Part shown: in pieces, positions 1-13,486 of the stretch
Numbering within the stretch: position 1 is the stretch's first letter
Layout: the number at the start of each line of letters is the position of its first letter
Assembly (NCBI GenBank): GCA_051047955.1
Contig: JBPGPT010000003.1
Coordinates: 124,001-188,000 of the forward strand
From: Cystobasidiomycetes sp. EMM_F5
Taxonomy: Eukaryota
Length of the DNA stretch: 64,000 nt
Reading direction: 5' to 3'
The notes under the pieces: model-generated
Told to the model about the DNA's origin: nothing
Database searches by the model: none
What the model saw: the letters and a program-made list of their open reading frames with translations, nothing else
Position numbers and translations under genes: made by a program

Positions 1-1939
1 TCCAGAAGCTCTGGCTTTGCAAGGAACTGATCTTTACTTATTCGTGCATAATCAAACTCTTGACTTAACTGCTTTAGGGTCAATAGGCGGCCTGTTAATA
101 CCGAACATTGTTGATCATAGCATATACTCACAACAGACCCCGCTCCCGGATCATAATCATGACACAGCGCGATCTCGAACGTGTGTGTCTTTCCTTCGGA
201 AAATAAGACGTACTCGTACGCATCGCCCATACGGTCAGGATTCTGCTCTGACAGAGTACGTTGTCTCGTCATCAGCGTCTCGGACGATGCGCCATTGTCT
301 ACATGTTACGCATCAAGTCTTGTCTCTGAGGCGCAATAAACCATACGTACTTATGAGATCGTTACCAGTGTGCTCCGTTTCGGAAATGCGTATCAGTGCT
401 CGGGTGAGCGCAAGCACGTCGGGATCGGCCTCGTGCAGCAAGTTTGCAGCCGAGATATCACCATTCTCAAGCTGGGTCGTATTGCCATTGGCTAATGTTA
501 GTGCAGCAGCCACTTCGGGCGGAGTTTTGGCTCCATCCTCGATGGTTTCTGGACCTTCTTCCATTTTGTATCCATCCATGTCCAGCATCAGATCACCTTG
601 GCCCGCAGTATGAATCATTGGTGGTTGCCCGGTAAATTTATCGCTAGATCTAGTTTTAGACATCTTCGAAGCGTCGGCATGTCTTACATTATTCCTGTGA
701 TGTTCTTCGTCCGGCAGGCTCGTGGTGGATTGACGTGGTGTATTCAATCTGTTGTGACGGGAGGCGGAATCTAGGGCATCCTCTTGGCTTTTAATACGAC
801 CGACAGAGATGGGTGAAGGAGGATCGCCAAACGGCTTCACGCTGGACAAGGATGCTGAGGTGCTGGAGTAGCCGAGTTCGGATGCTACAAAAGATTCTGT
901 CGTTGGCGTAGAATCCTCCTGATCCCCCTCCGCACTTTCTCTTTGGCCTCTCAGAACTGCTTTCCCCGACCGGAATGCTTCTTGCAATTTATCCTTGCCG
1001 GCATGAGCATGACCAGATCTCAATATCCTGTCATTGCTTGCCTTTGCCAATTCTAAAGCTGCCCCACCGACTGCTTGTGCCTTGCCGACCATACCTTCCA
1101 AAACTTGTGCACGAATCGATTGGTGACGCGTGCTCAACTCCGCCTGCTCAAGCATATCCTCGGCGGAATTCTGCGAGCTATTTGTCTGCGCTGCATGGTT
1201 TTCGTCAGACGATACAGCTGTATTAATGTCAGTGCTATTTTGGTGATCCAGCGTTGTAACGGAATCTCCCAGTTCCAGGAGATCCGGCTGACAATATAGC
1301 AGATGAGCACTGATTTAGTCTCAAAAGTAGCGAAGATACTAACCTCATTACTTAGCGCTGAAATATCTTCATCCCCAACGGCATGCTGCAAAGGCGATGT
1401 TTGCAAATGATCCGGTACATCCTGGTCTGTTTCGAAGACAAAGAAAGCTTCTCCAGTGTCTCCAACTTTCATATGAAATGGTGCATCGTGTCCGTTGACC
1501 TTGATGTAGACCTACACAGCAACGTCAGTCGGATTTGGCCAGCGAGTCCAGCCAGGTATCTCTGGACTTGTAGCAACGGCAGCAAACTGACTGTTCGGTC
1601 GACCGGTCGCAGTACGCTCAACTTCCCAAATCGAATATGGAATGGCGAGCAGGCGAGCTCAGTCTCGCCCGTTTTGCCATCGGTATGCTCGACGACGATG
1701 ACATCGATGGCTCCGGAGAGAGTAGCCGGATTGATTTCCTGCTTAAGCATGTCAGCGAGAGCTGCCAATAAGTGGAAGGAGCACCATCTGCGAGCTGCAT
1801 GAGCATTACCTTGTCTAATAAATCAGTACCGGTCACGGAATGGTCGGATCGTTACACTCAGCCCTGGCCTTCAATGACGAGCCTATGCAAACTCACAGTA
1901 CTGGCTGACCGAACTCAGCGCCCGCCCCACCCACTGCAT
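1..1939 (-). CDS. PAH1: Lipin / phosphatidate phosphatase, 5' part only (runs off window start); multi-exon
   Basis: Spliced N-terminus MQWVGRALSSVSQY-YK-EINPATLSGAIDVIVVE...CSPFHIRFGK...MKVGDTGEAFFVFET is the lipin N domain. ATG at 1939; exon 1 is 1897-1939; 5-nt micro-exon at 1810-1814. Confidence 0.93.
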
Positions 1940-2157
1940 ATACGGCTACAGCGTAGCAGAATTGGGCAGCCAGTGTTAATCTGACTGGATCCGTTGACAG
2001 ACTTGGTTGTCTACCAAACCACAGCGGTAGACGTCCCAAATAATCACACATACACACATCCCTTTCCGAAGTCCCAAGTAGGTCCAATGTTCTTTCGAAA
2101 GGGTTCAAGTTACTATTACAAGCAACGCAACAAAAAGCGCTTCTAGCATCAAGCGAG

Positions 2158-4523
2158 TCAAAAATATGACCCGCGATATCGCGGTTGATTCTGAGGCCTC
2201 GACATTGGCATGTTTGTCGGTAGAGGTTCATTCTGCAATGTGCCACGTACACTGGCTGAAGTATCCCGGCTTTTGCCTGACTTGCCAGCTCCTTCGATCC
2301 TATCGAGTAATCGCGAAGGCGGATGAGCAGGCGGGGAGGGTTGGCGATGCGATCCGCCATTTTGGCGAATACGTTCTTGTCGTTTTGATCTTGGCTCGCC
2401 AGGCGACGTCTGACGCGAGCTATCACGGCTGCCGCGGCCGTCTGACCCTTGCCGAGAGCTATCTTCCCCATTTTGCCATTTCTGCCGCTTGCGCGACAGC
2501 TCAGCATCAGAGTATTTATATCCACCTCTTTCTGGACCGATATCACTTTGCGGTCTACTATTGCGGAATGGATCGTACGAACGCTTGTTGTTCTGTCGGT
2601 CACGATTTCGCTGAGCAAACTTGCCTCGGCCATGCGAAGAACCCTGCGACCGATCTGCAATACGTTTGACAAAGTCATCTTCTTCCTGCTCGTCCTGATC
2701 TCGATCGTTGTCCTCTAGGTGTCGCTGGAGAGTCCTACGCGAATCTATCTGACGCACGCCGTTGACGATATTTGGCCTTGGAATCTTGACATGATGACCA
2801 GGTAGTCCATCGTTCTGCTCGTTCGGCGTGCCAAAACGTGTCTTCTGTGGTCCCCTACGACTGCCATTCTCGTCGGCAGTGAACGCTGACCGGTCAACAT
2901 GCTTGAGTGGGTGACCTCGGGGAAAAGGGCACTCATCGCCAAAATGCTCTCCTGATGCACAATTATAGCAGGCATACTTCATCTTTGGCGCATGCTGCGG
3001 AGCTGGTGCACCAGCAGAGCGAATGTACACACGCCATATGTACGGGCAATTGCTAGAACTGTGTCGAGCGGAGGAGCAGCGATCACAATACTGCCCGGAC
3101 GCCTGTCGAGCAGCATCCACAGAGACCGGACAGTCCTAGCGGGAACAGATCAGAATGAGTCTAGCCTTACTGAAGACGTAGAGAATTACCTGTATGTGAT
3201 GTCCACGAGAACTACATCGAAAGCATGTCATCGTCAAGGGACAATCGCGTGTATCGTGACTATCCAGCTTTCCGCAAGTAAAGCACTGATGCGTAATACG
3301 GTCGTCAAATTTTCGATGCCCGAGGCGGGTGTGAAGAACAAAGTAGCATTTACCTGCACGTGCGGACATTTGCGGATGAGATGTCCAACCTCTCCACATC
3401 GCCGACAGGACAATGTGGATTCCTCTTCTCTCCAATACCGCATAGCCGACTTTTTCGCGTCATCATTGTCATCGTCGTCATCTCCCTCTTGGAAGCCCAA
3501 CTCTTCAAGCTCCTCTTTCATCGTTCTGCCAAGCGAACTAGGATCCACATCCCCATTCGTCGTGGTCGCAGGATGAGCGATAGCCGTAGCTACAGCATTA
3601 GCTGTATGTAATTGAAGGTCTGTAGGCTCGTCATCGGCCACAGAAGGCGCAGACGAAGATGAAGAATCGACTTCTCCTTCTTCTCGTTCGTTATCTACAT
3701 CTTCACCACTGGAGCTGGAAGAAGATGATGTCTCTCGGTCGAAACCTGAAGTTTGCCCAGTCGAGTTCGCCATTGTGGTAGGGGCAACATCGATTGCGAA
3801 TATCTCGACGTCGTCGCCATTGCCAACGTAGTCCGGGACTAATTTGTCGCCCGTGTCAAGGACTGCGCTGTGCTGTGAGCTGCCATTCATTGTATTTAAC
3901 TTGGTTTCTATGGGGCTCCCATCTTTTGTATCATTATTGCCCTTGACCGATGCATCGCCAGCGACATCGATAAAGAAGAGTCCGTCATGCACCTCAGTGA
4001 CATTCCCTGCCTCTCTCGCATCCTTCAAGACCCTCTTTTGCAGCTTTGTTAATTTATGTTTCTTCTTCTTTGGCGGTCGGTCATCCACCTGGCCATCTTC
4101 GGCATCTACCATATTTGAATCTTTACGATGACCCTTCTGTCGCATCTGCCGCTTGAGCTGCCTGGCTGCTCTAGCCTGTCGTTCTGCTTCGCTCGCGGCC
4201 GATGGCGGAGGACATTGATGGCCATGATACGCAGGTAGCTGGCACTCTTGACATAGCGGGAGTACAGTGCTGGATCGGTTGTTATGTGTTGATCCATCAT
4301 ATGGCAGGACGTCGGCTACCGTTCTGGCCTCATTATGATTTTGCTGATCCTGAGGATGGTCATCAATTGCTCGACCTTTGCCCTTTGCCGCTGTCCGCAA
4401 AGTCTGCGCAAACTCCTTACGGCTCTTCTTGGAGCGCTGCGGTTTTGGCGACGAAGCCGGCGATGACTGCCTGCTTTCCGCCTTTGACGTCGAGGCCACT
4501 GGGTGGTCGCCAGAGTCCGACAT
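2158..4523 (-). CDS. AIR1: CCHC zinc-knuckle protein, Air1/Air2 (TRAMP complex)-like; 2 introns
   Basis: Five CX2CX4-5HX4C knuckles (CRRCGEVGHLIRKC, CFTCGKLDSHDTRDC, CFRCSSRGHH, CDRCSSARHSSSNC, CYNCASGEHFGDEC) and the IWRxY motif (IWRVY) between knuckles 4 and 5. Confidence 0.85.
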
Positions 4524-4959
4524 TTCTTCGTTTTGGCGTTTGCTGCAAAGCAGTCCAGCTCGAAGACGCGGAGTGTCTAGCTTGCCTTCAGCAACGACAT
4601 AATTACCAGTTTGGCTGCATGCGTCGGGTGGTAGTTAGGCTTGCTGTCATATGTTGAAGACGTTACACAAAATGGCATCGATCGAACACAGGACGGTGCA
4701 GTGCTTGCTAGGCAGAGTTCGGCATTCACATACAGGAATACATGCAATGCGGTATACAGTACAATCTACCAATGCCCTACGCCCGTCCTCTTCGCGACGG
4801 ACTCGCGTCATAAGACAGCCGAACACGCGAGGTAAGGGCTGGGGAAAAAGGGAATAAATCGGTAAAGCAATTCGAAAGATGTTGTACGACGACATTGTCC
4901 ATGGGATTTCGTGAAAGGGCGTGTCTCATTGTCCGTAATGATAGCAGGGCGAAAGTGCT

Positions 4960-7900
4960 TCACTTCTTCGACTTCTTGGCCTTGGGTGACTCATAGAACG
5001 ACTCATCCTCTTCCATGGAGGCATCGCTGGCTGATTGGTCGTCTTCGCTCTCTTCTTCCGAATCAGAGTCCAGATCAATCACTTTTCGAGCTGGTTTTGC
5101 TGGAGCCCGAGTATTCGCAACTTTCTCCACTGCCTTCGGCTTTGCGGCGGGAGGAGCTGGCTTTCTTGCTTCGGCTTTTGGCTGGTGCACCTCTTCTCTA
5201 TTGACATCGCTCATTGAACCTTGATCCTCTTCCTCGCTGTCTTGTATTATGGCCTTTGCTTTGCCTTTGCCGGCCGGCTTGATCTTCTCATCTTCGCTTG
5301 TATCGTCGCGGAGGGTGAAGTCATGCTCCTCTGCTTCCGAGTCGAAGTCCGACTCGTACTTGATGGCGGCGGCCTTCTTCTTCTTGGCTGCAAGTCCGGC
5401 CGCAGGCGAACTCTTTAGACCGATCCGCGGCTTTGCGGTCGCAGCACTTGTGCCCGCGTTGGCATCAGCAGTCTTTTTGTTTTGCGCAATGCGAGCGAAG
5501 GCGGCAGTAATTGTGCCTGCGCCCGGTCGCATAGAGCCTACTTTGCCTTTGCCCTTGAGGGTAGCTTTGCTGATAGTGGCTTCATCGGCAGCCAGCAAAG
5601 CCTAGAATGCGAACACAGTCAGAATTAGCGATGGTGCATAGTTTCGTGCATACGACTCACATTCCACTGCGCTTCAAATTCATCGAGATCCCTGTTCCAC
5701 ATAGCCTTCGGACTAAGGTCCAACAGGACTTGCAATTCCTTCTCTTTCTCGTCTCGTTGGGCCAGCAAGCGCTTAGCCTTAGCCGCCGTGAGAGAGCTGA
5801 TTGTCATATCTAGCAGGTAATCAAAGTCATGCAAACCGCCAGCATTAGACTGGTCGTGCGTTTCCTCCAGCAATCCGTCCATATCGTCATCGTCATCCGA
5901 TATCAAGTCCGCGGGATCCACCAGGCCTGATGCATCAGGATCACCGGCAACAATCACCTTTGCAACCTTCGGGAATGGCTTGAACTGAAGCTTTCGGAGG
6001 TCTCGTACGACAGACGCGTGTTCGCGACCCGAAATCTTCAATTGTCCAGCGATGAACATGGTGATGAAGCGTGCCTGATTGGACAGCCTGTCGTGTGCAA
6101 TGGTCAACTCTCCGACCATATAATCCTGGTTGTCCTATGTCAGTAATGCTTGAGAGCCATTAGCGCATACTCTTACCTTCCGTTTCATATAATAAGTAAG
6201 GCGAACGTCGTAGAAGTCCGCAATAATCTCCTCCGGACTCGCATATTTCTTTATCTTACCATTGACGTCGAAACAGACCATATTGCTCGTTGCCAGCGAA
6301 GACGTTAATTTCAACGTCTTTTCTAACCCGTCTTTCTTTACAGCAGCCTTGCCTTCCGCAGTGAGTGTAACGGTCAGGTGCACGACCAGATCCGTCGATT
6401 GAGAGACAAATTCCTGAAATTGAACATCAGCCAAGTATGTAATACCGAATGCGTCTACATACTCGAACAATAGCAGGCTGCTTCTCGGTACTCTGCGACC
6501 AAGCCAATAGCTGTTCCACATACGAGTTTGTCCATGTCCGGACCGGTAATTCGTATATTACGACCGTATCATCGTTGACTTGTTCTGCGATACCATACGT
6601 CGTGAATCTGTCTGGACCGTTTGCTTCAATCATGCCCTGATAAAGTCTGCTCAATGCATATCCGTAAGACGTGTCAGTACCTTAGACCTACCGTGAAGCC
6701 TCTGAACCAAGGCATCATGCGCTCCATCGGCTCTCCCGCCATCTTTCGGCGCAAATTGGCAATGATATCGGAAGGATTGTAATTCGGGACGGAAGAACTC
6801 CAGCCAGTTCCAATACCATCTGACCCGTTCACGAGCAGCATGGGCAGAGTCGGCATATACCAAGTCGGTTCGATGGTCGCACCATCTTCGTTGAGGTAAT
6901 CCAGGACAGCATCGTCGTGCTTGTTAAAGACAGCGCGAGTGATTGGTGCTAAAGCGGTGTAGATGTACCTCGGGCTAGCACTATCCTTTCCTCCTTGCAA
7001 ACGAGTTCCGAATTGACCGTTAGGCAGTAAAGTATTGAGGTTGTTGTTACCGACAAATACTTGAGCCAAGCCGACGATTGTGCCAGCCAAAGCTTGTTCA
7101 CCGTGATGGTACGCCGTAACCTCTGATATGTAACCGACGAGCTGAGCCACCTTAATTTCACCTTTCAGATTTTTCTTGAAGCAACCATACAAGACTTTGC
7201 GTTGACCAGGTTTCAGCCCGTCCACGACAGAGGGAATAGACCGCATATTGTCAGCCATTGAGAAAAGGATCAATTCTCGATTGATGAAGTCTTGTATGGG
7301 AATTTCTTTGATGGAGGGGTCCAAATATGTACCAGGCTGCGAATATAGCCGTGAGCTCATATTTTGCGGCAATACACACGCACGGCTTACCACGAAACCA
7401 CGAAGCCATTCTTTCCGATCATCAGCCTTCTTCTTATTGAAGACCAAGTCAATCAGCTGACGGTCCCCGGCGCTACACGTCTTGAATTTGAGCATGTGCC
7501 GCTTGAGATCAGAAAAATACGATTTGGCATCCGTGCCTGTCGAAGTACCTAAACCCTTGAAATACTTCATTTTCCATCCTCTGGCTTCATTGTTCTCAGC
7601 TTTCCACGCCTCATACTCTGGAAGCGTGAAGAAACTGTGTGAGCGGCTGCCTTTGGTGACTCGAACGATCGGTGTAATGAATTCGACCAGGAAGCCGGGT
7701 ATCTGTAGCAGGCCCGGATAGGCATGGTCGAGGAAGTTAATAATCAGACCTTTGATGTGGGAGCCATCGTGATCCTAGAGCAGTATCGAAACGGTTCAGA
7801 TGACTCAGCAAATGCGAAATGCAAAGTGCCGCTTTGGCTGACCTGATCTGTCATAATCATGAGGCGGCCATACCGGAGCGAGTCAACCGATGTGTAGCTC

Positions 7901-10200
7901 TTGCCGTGCTGCAGGCCGAGAATCTTCTTCAAATTTTGTATTTCTACATTCTCCAATAGCTGTTTGCCGTTGGCATCACGGACATTGAGCAATTTACCGC
8001 GCAGTGGGAAAATGCCGTAGGTGTCACGTCCGACGATAGCCAAGCCGGAAACCGCAAAAGTCTTGGCAGAGTCTCCTTCTGTGAGGATGAGTGTACAGTT
8101 ACGTGCGTTTTTCGTTCCAGCCTGGTTGGCATCCTCTAGTTTGGCGATTCCCAGCATGCGAGTATGCTTGTGTCCATCAGTTTTTTTCATCAGCTGATCC
8201 TGCTTGAACTGAGCTAGAGACATGACGCTGTCAATGACGCCCGTAGCAATGACTGTATCCAGTGTCAGCCGATCAATTTCACATGGTGTACTTTGATTCC
8301 TCACCCTTCTTGAGGAAGCCTTCACTGATCGCGCATTTGCTACCAAATTTGGAGGCCGCCAGCGTCATGTTCTCCTTTGTTTGCGAGTCAAAGGCTGCGT
8401 TTTCGACTAGACAATTGACGAAGACCCAGAGATGATTCTTTACAGTGAAGGGCTTGATCGTGGTGACCTGCTTCTTCGCCTTTTTGGAAATGCTTTCAAT
8501 GATGCCGTCGACAATCTGTTTGGAAATATAGTCCACGTGCGTTCCGCCCTTCGTAGTCGCGATTGAGTTGACGAAAGAGACCTGCTGAAACTGTCCCTCT
8601 GACGGAGCGAATGCGACTTCCCATCTTTCGCCAAAGCGCTCATACACAAGCGGAACCTTGTTTACCGCAGCAGCTGCCTCTTCGCCATCTCCTGGAGCGG
8701 CACCAGCAGCCGCCGAGCCGTCCCTGTCCCGCTTCTGACCTGTCTTCGCGCCTTTTTTGCTCGCCTTCTCATTGAGGACCTCGTTGGTGGCTTGTGTGTA
8801 CATTTCGACATAGGACTTGAAGTTCTTGATCTTGACGCGCGTATCGTTCAAGGACACCTTGATGCCTGCCACGGTCCCTGCCATATCGTATACTCGCTTC
8901 TTGAGTAATGCCTCTGTATCATCGTCGATACCGTCCGGCATGCCAAACTTTGCAAAGTCGGGCTTGAAGGTAATCTTTGTCCACTCCTCGCCCTTCTTGT
9001 TGTCTGTAATTTTTGCCTTGCCCTTCTTTGACATATTGTTTTCGAACACCTGTTTGTACTTTTTCGCATTCTTCGCGTCGGCAGTCTCCACAATAAATTC
9101 TGTAGAGAAGATATTGGCAAGCTTGGCTCCGTAACCGTTCCTACCACCTGTGATCTTCTTTTCGTTGTCATCGAAATTGGAACCGGCCAGGAGATGAGAA
9201 AAGATGAGTTCGGGAATATAGATGCCTTCCTTGGCGTGAATCTCGACAGGAATACCGCGTCCATTGTTCCACACGCTAATGAGGCCGTTATCACGGTCTA
9301 TAACGACCTTGATGGTGTCCATAGAGGCATCATTGCGCTAAAAAGGATCGTCAGTTGATAGCATTAGAGGTGCCTCTATCGAGTTCACCTTGTTGTCTGC
9401 AGCATTGACGAGGATCTCGTCGAATATCTTGTACAAGCCGGGCACGTACGTGGTATTTCTGTAGATTCAGATCAGCTTCGGAGATTGTATACTTCAGCGA
9501 TAACTTGCCTGTATACTATGCCATCAGTCTTGGTGTTGTAAACCCACATTGGCTGTGTTTGAGCCTCGATTGAGCCAATATATGTATCTGGACGTTTCAG
9601 CACGTGTTCTATTTGAGTGAGCTGTAGGAATATAGTCAGCCCAAGAACTCGTTATGCATCCCGTTCTGGGGCACCTTCTGATACTTGTCACTAGCTGTCT
9701 TCTCGCCAGCCTTCTTGGCGGGAGGTTTGCTCGTAGTAGCCTTCTTCTTGCTGGACGCGGATTCGTCCTCGCTATCCGAGTCATCATCGTCGATGCCGAT
9801 ATTCTCAGCGTCACTATCTGCCGCTACAGGCTTACTCGGCTTGCGCGAAACGACAGCGTCGGACTCATCATCTGAGACGACATTCTTCTTTTTCGGCTTG
9901 CTGGCAGTGCTAGTAGCTTTCGGCTTGTCGGTCGTCTTCTTTGTTGCGCCTGTCTTTGATGTCCCCGCTGCCGGCTTCGCCTTCGGTTTAGCCGCCGTTG
10001 TTTTGGCTACAGGTGACTTCTTTGCCTATTCATGTTGATGATCGATGCGCGTAAACATGAGGTTTGGCTACCGGTCAGCGATGCTCTGGAAGGCCGAACT
10101 GAAGTGACAGCACCTTCTTTACCGGCGGTGCTTCTTCAAAGTCGGATCCAGAGTCTGATGCCACGATAAAGTCCTCCATACTTTCATCATACGAGCTCAT
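4960..10200 (-). CDS. TOP2: DNA topoisomerase II; about 11 introns
   Basis: GHKL motifs (EILVNAADN, GGRNGYGAKL), TOPRIM (LILTEGDSA, PLRGKLLNV, IMTDQDHDG), YFKGLGTS, DGLKPGQRK and catalytic SPRY; acidic/basic tails. Confidence 0.98.
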
Positions 10201-10528
10201 TGTGTTTGGCGGGGGTATTCGAGCAGCCAGCAGGCAAGGCGCAGACTCAGCAGGCCGCTGCTCGTGCTGTCGATGTCTCGAGTGCTGATTGCAGGTCGCG
10301 CAGTCGTCAGAGTCGTCAATTGTCCAGAGCACAGGCTGGGGACGGCGGCGCGACAACCCAAAAACAACACGGTCGGGTCACGTGATCTCCACAGCAAAGA
10401 CCTGATGTGCTTGCATTCATACAGCCAGTGAGAGACAACAGAGACAGACATCACCTCAAAACTCCTCGTTATGATATGACTGATGCTAAAAAGCGATACG
10501 CTCCGACGGAATCTAGCTACTCGTCCGC

Positions 10529-11800
10529 TCATTGTCCATGCGTAATCTTGTACACCTTGTACCCGCTGTGAGATGCGAGGTATGTTCTTCGCAATGAGTC
10601 GTAGTCGGGGTCAAGTTCGCTCAATTTCTTGACACCCTGACCATCCTCGTTGAGAACGTCCGGGTCGATAGTCCGCAATTTCGCTCTTTCCCGGTACCAG
10701 CAATCTTGATCCGGCTTGGAGTTCGCTTCATCGACAAGCTCCACGCGCACATTGACATTAACCTTGGCAGCCGACTCTCTGATAGTCGCTTCGCTTGACT
10801 CCGTCATTGATCGCCAAAAGACTTCGTCGCCAGCAGCCCACAAATCGGCTTTCCTGAGTGCACCAAGGGTATGCGCGAGTTTGATAGTATTTGCGGCGTA
10901 CGTATAGAGCAGAGAATGCGTCGGGTTACCCCAAGCCGCCTCATCACACTTCATGTAGGCTCTTGCCAACATGGATGCTGCCTTAACATTTGAGAAGCAG
11001 AAGCGGCCGCTCGGCGCAGCTTGCAGACTTTGAGCGATAAAGACCGCTTGAGGAATCGTCAAGTATCCGAATGCGACAGCGTCTCGGATGCCATAGTCGA
11101 GTCGGTCCGCGCATATCGCCGGAGCATCAAGCTCAAGCAGAGGAAAATTAGCCTCTTCGAGCACTCGATCCGGATTAAAACCATGCTTCTTGATAATATG
11201 GGGGACGGTGGTCGTGTCCCTGTGACATCCTCGCCTCGTAAGCTCATTCTCCGTCGGATCTGAACAAGCCACTCACAGATACTCCATCTTGTCGACTTCA
11301 TGAACTACGTAATCGAAGACCCCATCGACCACATGCGACAGAGCCGTGTGCGCAACGTCGTGAAGAAGCGCAGCAGCCTGAGCTTCGAGTGTGCCTCCAG
11401 CCATCCGGACTAGGAGCATTGCTCCGAGAGAATGATTGTAGCGTGTAACTGGTGGGGATGGCGTAGGTGGCAGGCCAATAAGGCCAGTGATACCATGCTG
11501 CAAAACATGTTTTAATCTCTGCATCGGACCGGATAGAATAAGTTCGATGAGAATAGGCTGTCACAGTAACATGTCGTGTTAGCATTGTCATGTCTCATGC
11601 AGCTTTGGGCTCAGGCTCACTTCAGATATCGCAAAAGATCCATAGACGGGGTCTGTATGATGGAAGACTTGGGGAAGATTGACAGGCGAGATAAGAGCTG
11701 GAGCTATCGGCGTGGAGATTGTACTGGGTGTTGACGGGCCCGCCAGAACAGACGCTGCCTTCATTGTTGAAATGGGTGCTGGTTGCGCGACGGCCAGCAT
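10529..11800 (-). CDS. HD-domain metal-dependent phosphohydrolase with dNTPase-type signature; 2 introns
   Basis: Motifs DPVYG, QRLKHVLQHG, TRYNHSLG, ALLHDVAHTALSH, VHE and ADRLDYGIRD across exons in ORFs 11588-11863, 11273-11524 and 10529-11272. Confidence 0.85.
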
Positions 11801-12157
11801 GATTATTGGAAGCGGAACAGCTTGTTGCGATGGTGGTAGCTTAGTGCAGAGCCAGAAACTCAATCAAGAGCTCTCGGTCGCTTCGCTTGAAACAGCTGCA
11901 ACATCCTGGGTCGCACGGACCTTGAAGCGAACTCGCTAATTCCGGTGACCAAACATCTACGCCAAAAAAGTTCACGGACGATGACGGCGCAGGCTTTTTT
12001 ACATTCTCACCGCCCATTATTACTTCTACAGACGTATAGACAGATCTAGGACACCGAAGCAGCGGTACTAGTGTCGTAATGGTCCTGCTTCACCCATCCT
12101 GCATCTTCAGATTTATCTCCGGATATTTGATGCTACATCTGCTGTGGTGATAGAGTA

Positions 12158-13250
12158 CTACTCTGCTGCATCGTTTACGGGTGTAACAGTCCCTGTGGTA
12201 GCTGCTGATCCTGCGCTGGACCCATTTCGAGCCTTGGAGTCGAGAAGGATCGTAACTGGTCTGTGGAAAGAGACAACACTCAGCTGAAATGATGCTGGAG
12301 AATTCAAAAGAATTCAAGCGTTCAAGCGTACCCCTCGTTTGTCAGCGTCACATTCATCCTAATTGTACGCGGGGCGTCAGCGAGGCGCCTCCCTAAACAG
12401 AGTTTGATTCCCACATTGCTCCAAATTCCCCATCCGACACGATACCGCCCTTGTACTTCGCCCGCAGTTCCTCTAAAAAGCCAGCATACATAATCTTGGA
12501 GCTCTCGGTTGCCTGAGAGGTGTCGTTGAATCAGTCAAGCTGCCCGGCCAAGCATTGGTTCGTAACTACCATAGCGGAATGAAAGTCTGGCTTGCTTCCT
12601 TTCTTCGTGTTGGCACAGAGGGTGAACTGAGAGACTGGTGAATAGACTCATTCAGCAATGTGCGTAGCTTTGTTTGTTTCGCCCGCCTTGCCGCAGAGGA
12701 TTTCTCCACCGATGTCAGTAACGGAGCTACTCCATTGTCTTGCCGTATCGCTGTCGACGGAGGTCTTGGGAAACAATTTCAGTCTGGTTCAATAACACGA
12801 TGTCAGCTGACATCAAAAGGCAGACTCGTGTCCATTTAATACGTTAGAATCTTCTTGATGATGTACTGTTGATCCTCCAATGTATCATCTTTTGCGGCCG
12901 TTAGCTCAATCTGCAGGGATGTCGCAACATTCTTACGAGCTGAAATGCCAATCAGACACACCAGGCCTCTCCCCTGTAAGTCATTGAGCAGATTTCAGTC
13001 GGAGAGTAGTGTCATTTCGAGCGAAGGTCCAGTGCCGTACAATCTTGGAGATTTCGCGACCGTCGACTAAACCAACGAGCATGTTACAGTAAGGTCAATG
13101 ACACGCTTTTAATCGCAGATGTTGAACTGTTCGAAAGGCATACCGACAACAGACGCCGATAATACTGTCATTAGACGTGGCGATGTTAGAACTTGGAGAT
13201 GCCGTCAATGCCGCTGCGTAACAATTACCGCGTTGGATGACAGCCTTCAT
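12158..13250 (-). CDS. DTD1: D-aminoacyl-tRNA deacylase; 10 exons; not in the ORF track
   Basis: Manual splicing gives MKAVIQRVLSASVVVDGREISKIGRGLVCLIGIS...EILCVSQFTL...KPDFHSAM...GEFGAMMNVTLTNEGPVTILLDS, containing the SQFTL and Gly-Pro motifs. Confidence 0.95.
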
Positions 13251-13486
13251 GACGGTGGCATAAATGAACAAGCCTCAGGGTGCGACCATGTTAGATTGAA
13301 TGAGACGACCCTTTGCAGTTGGTAAGTAACTTGGTGAAACTGCTACGAGAAACGCGAGGGCAATCTGAATATCGCAAACACCATTGCATTCGTTACATCA
13401 TGCATGCTGACGTTATAGATCGGGCTACATAATATTCAGTTATCGTCACGAAGTCATCTGCCGGACTCCGTCTCTCCTCCTTCGAC

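Noticed and set aside
2900..3420. CCHC knuckles as a retrotransposon Gag
   Set aside because: The Air1-type IWRxY motif and introns are present, and no protease, RT, integrase or LTR is nearby.
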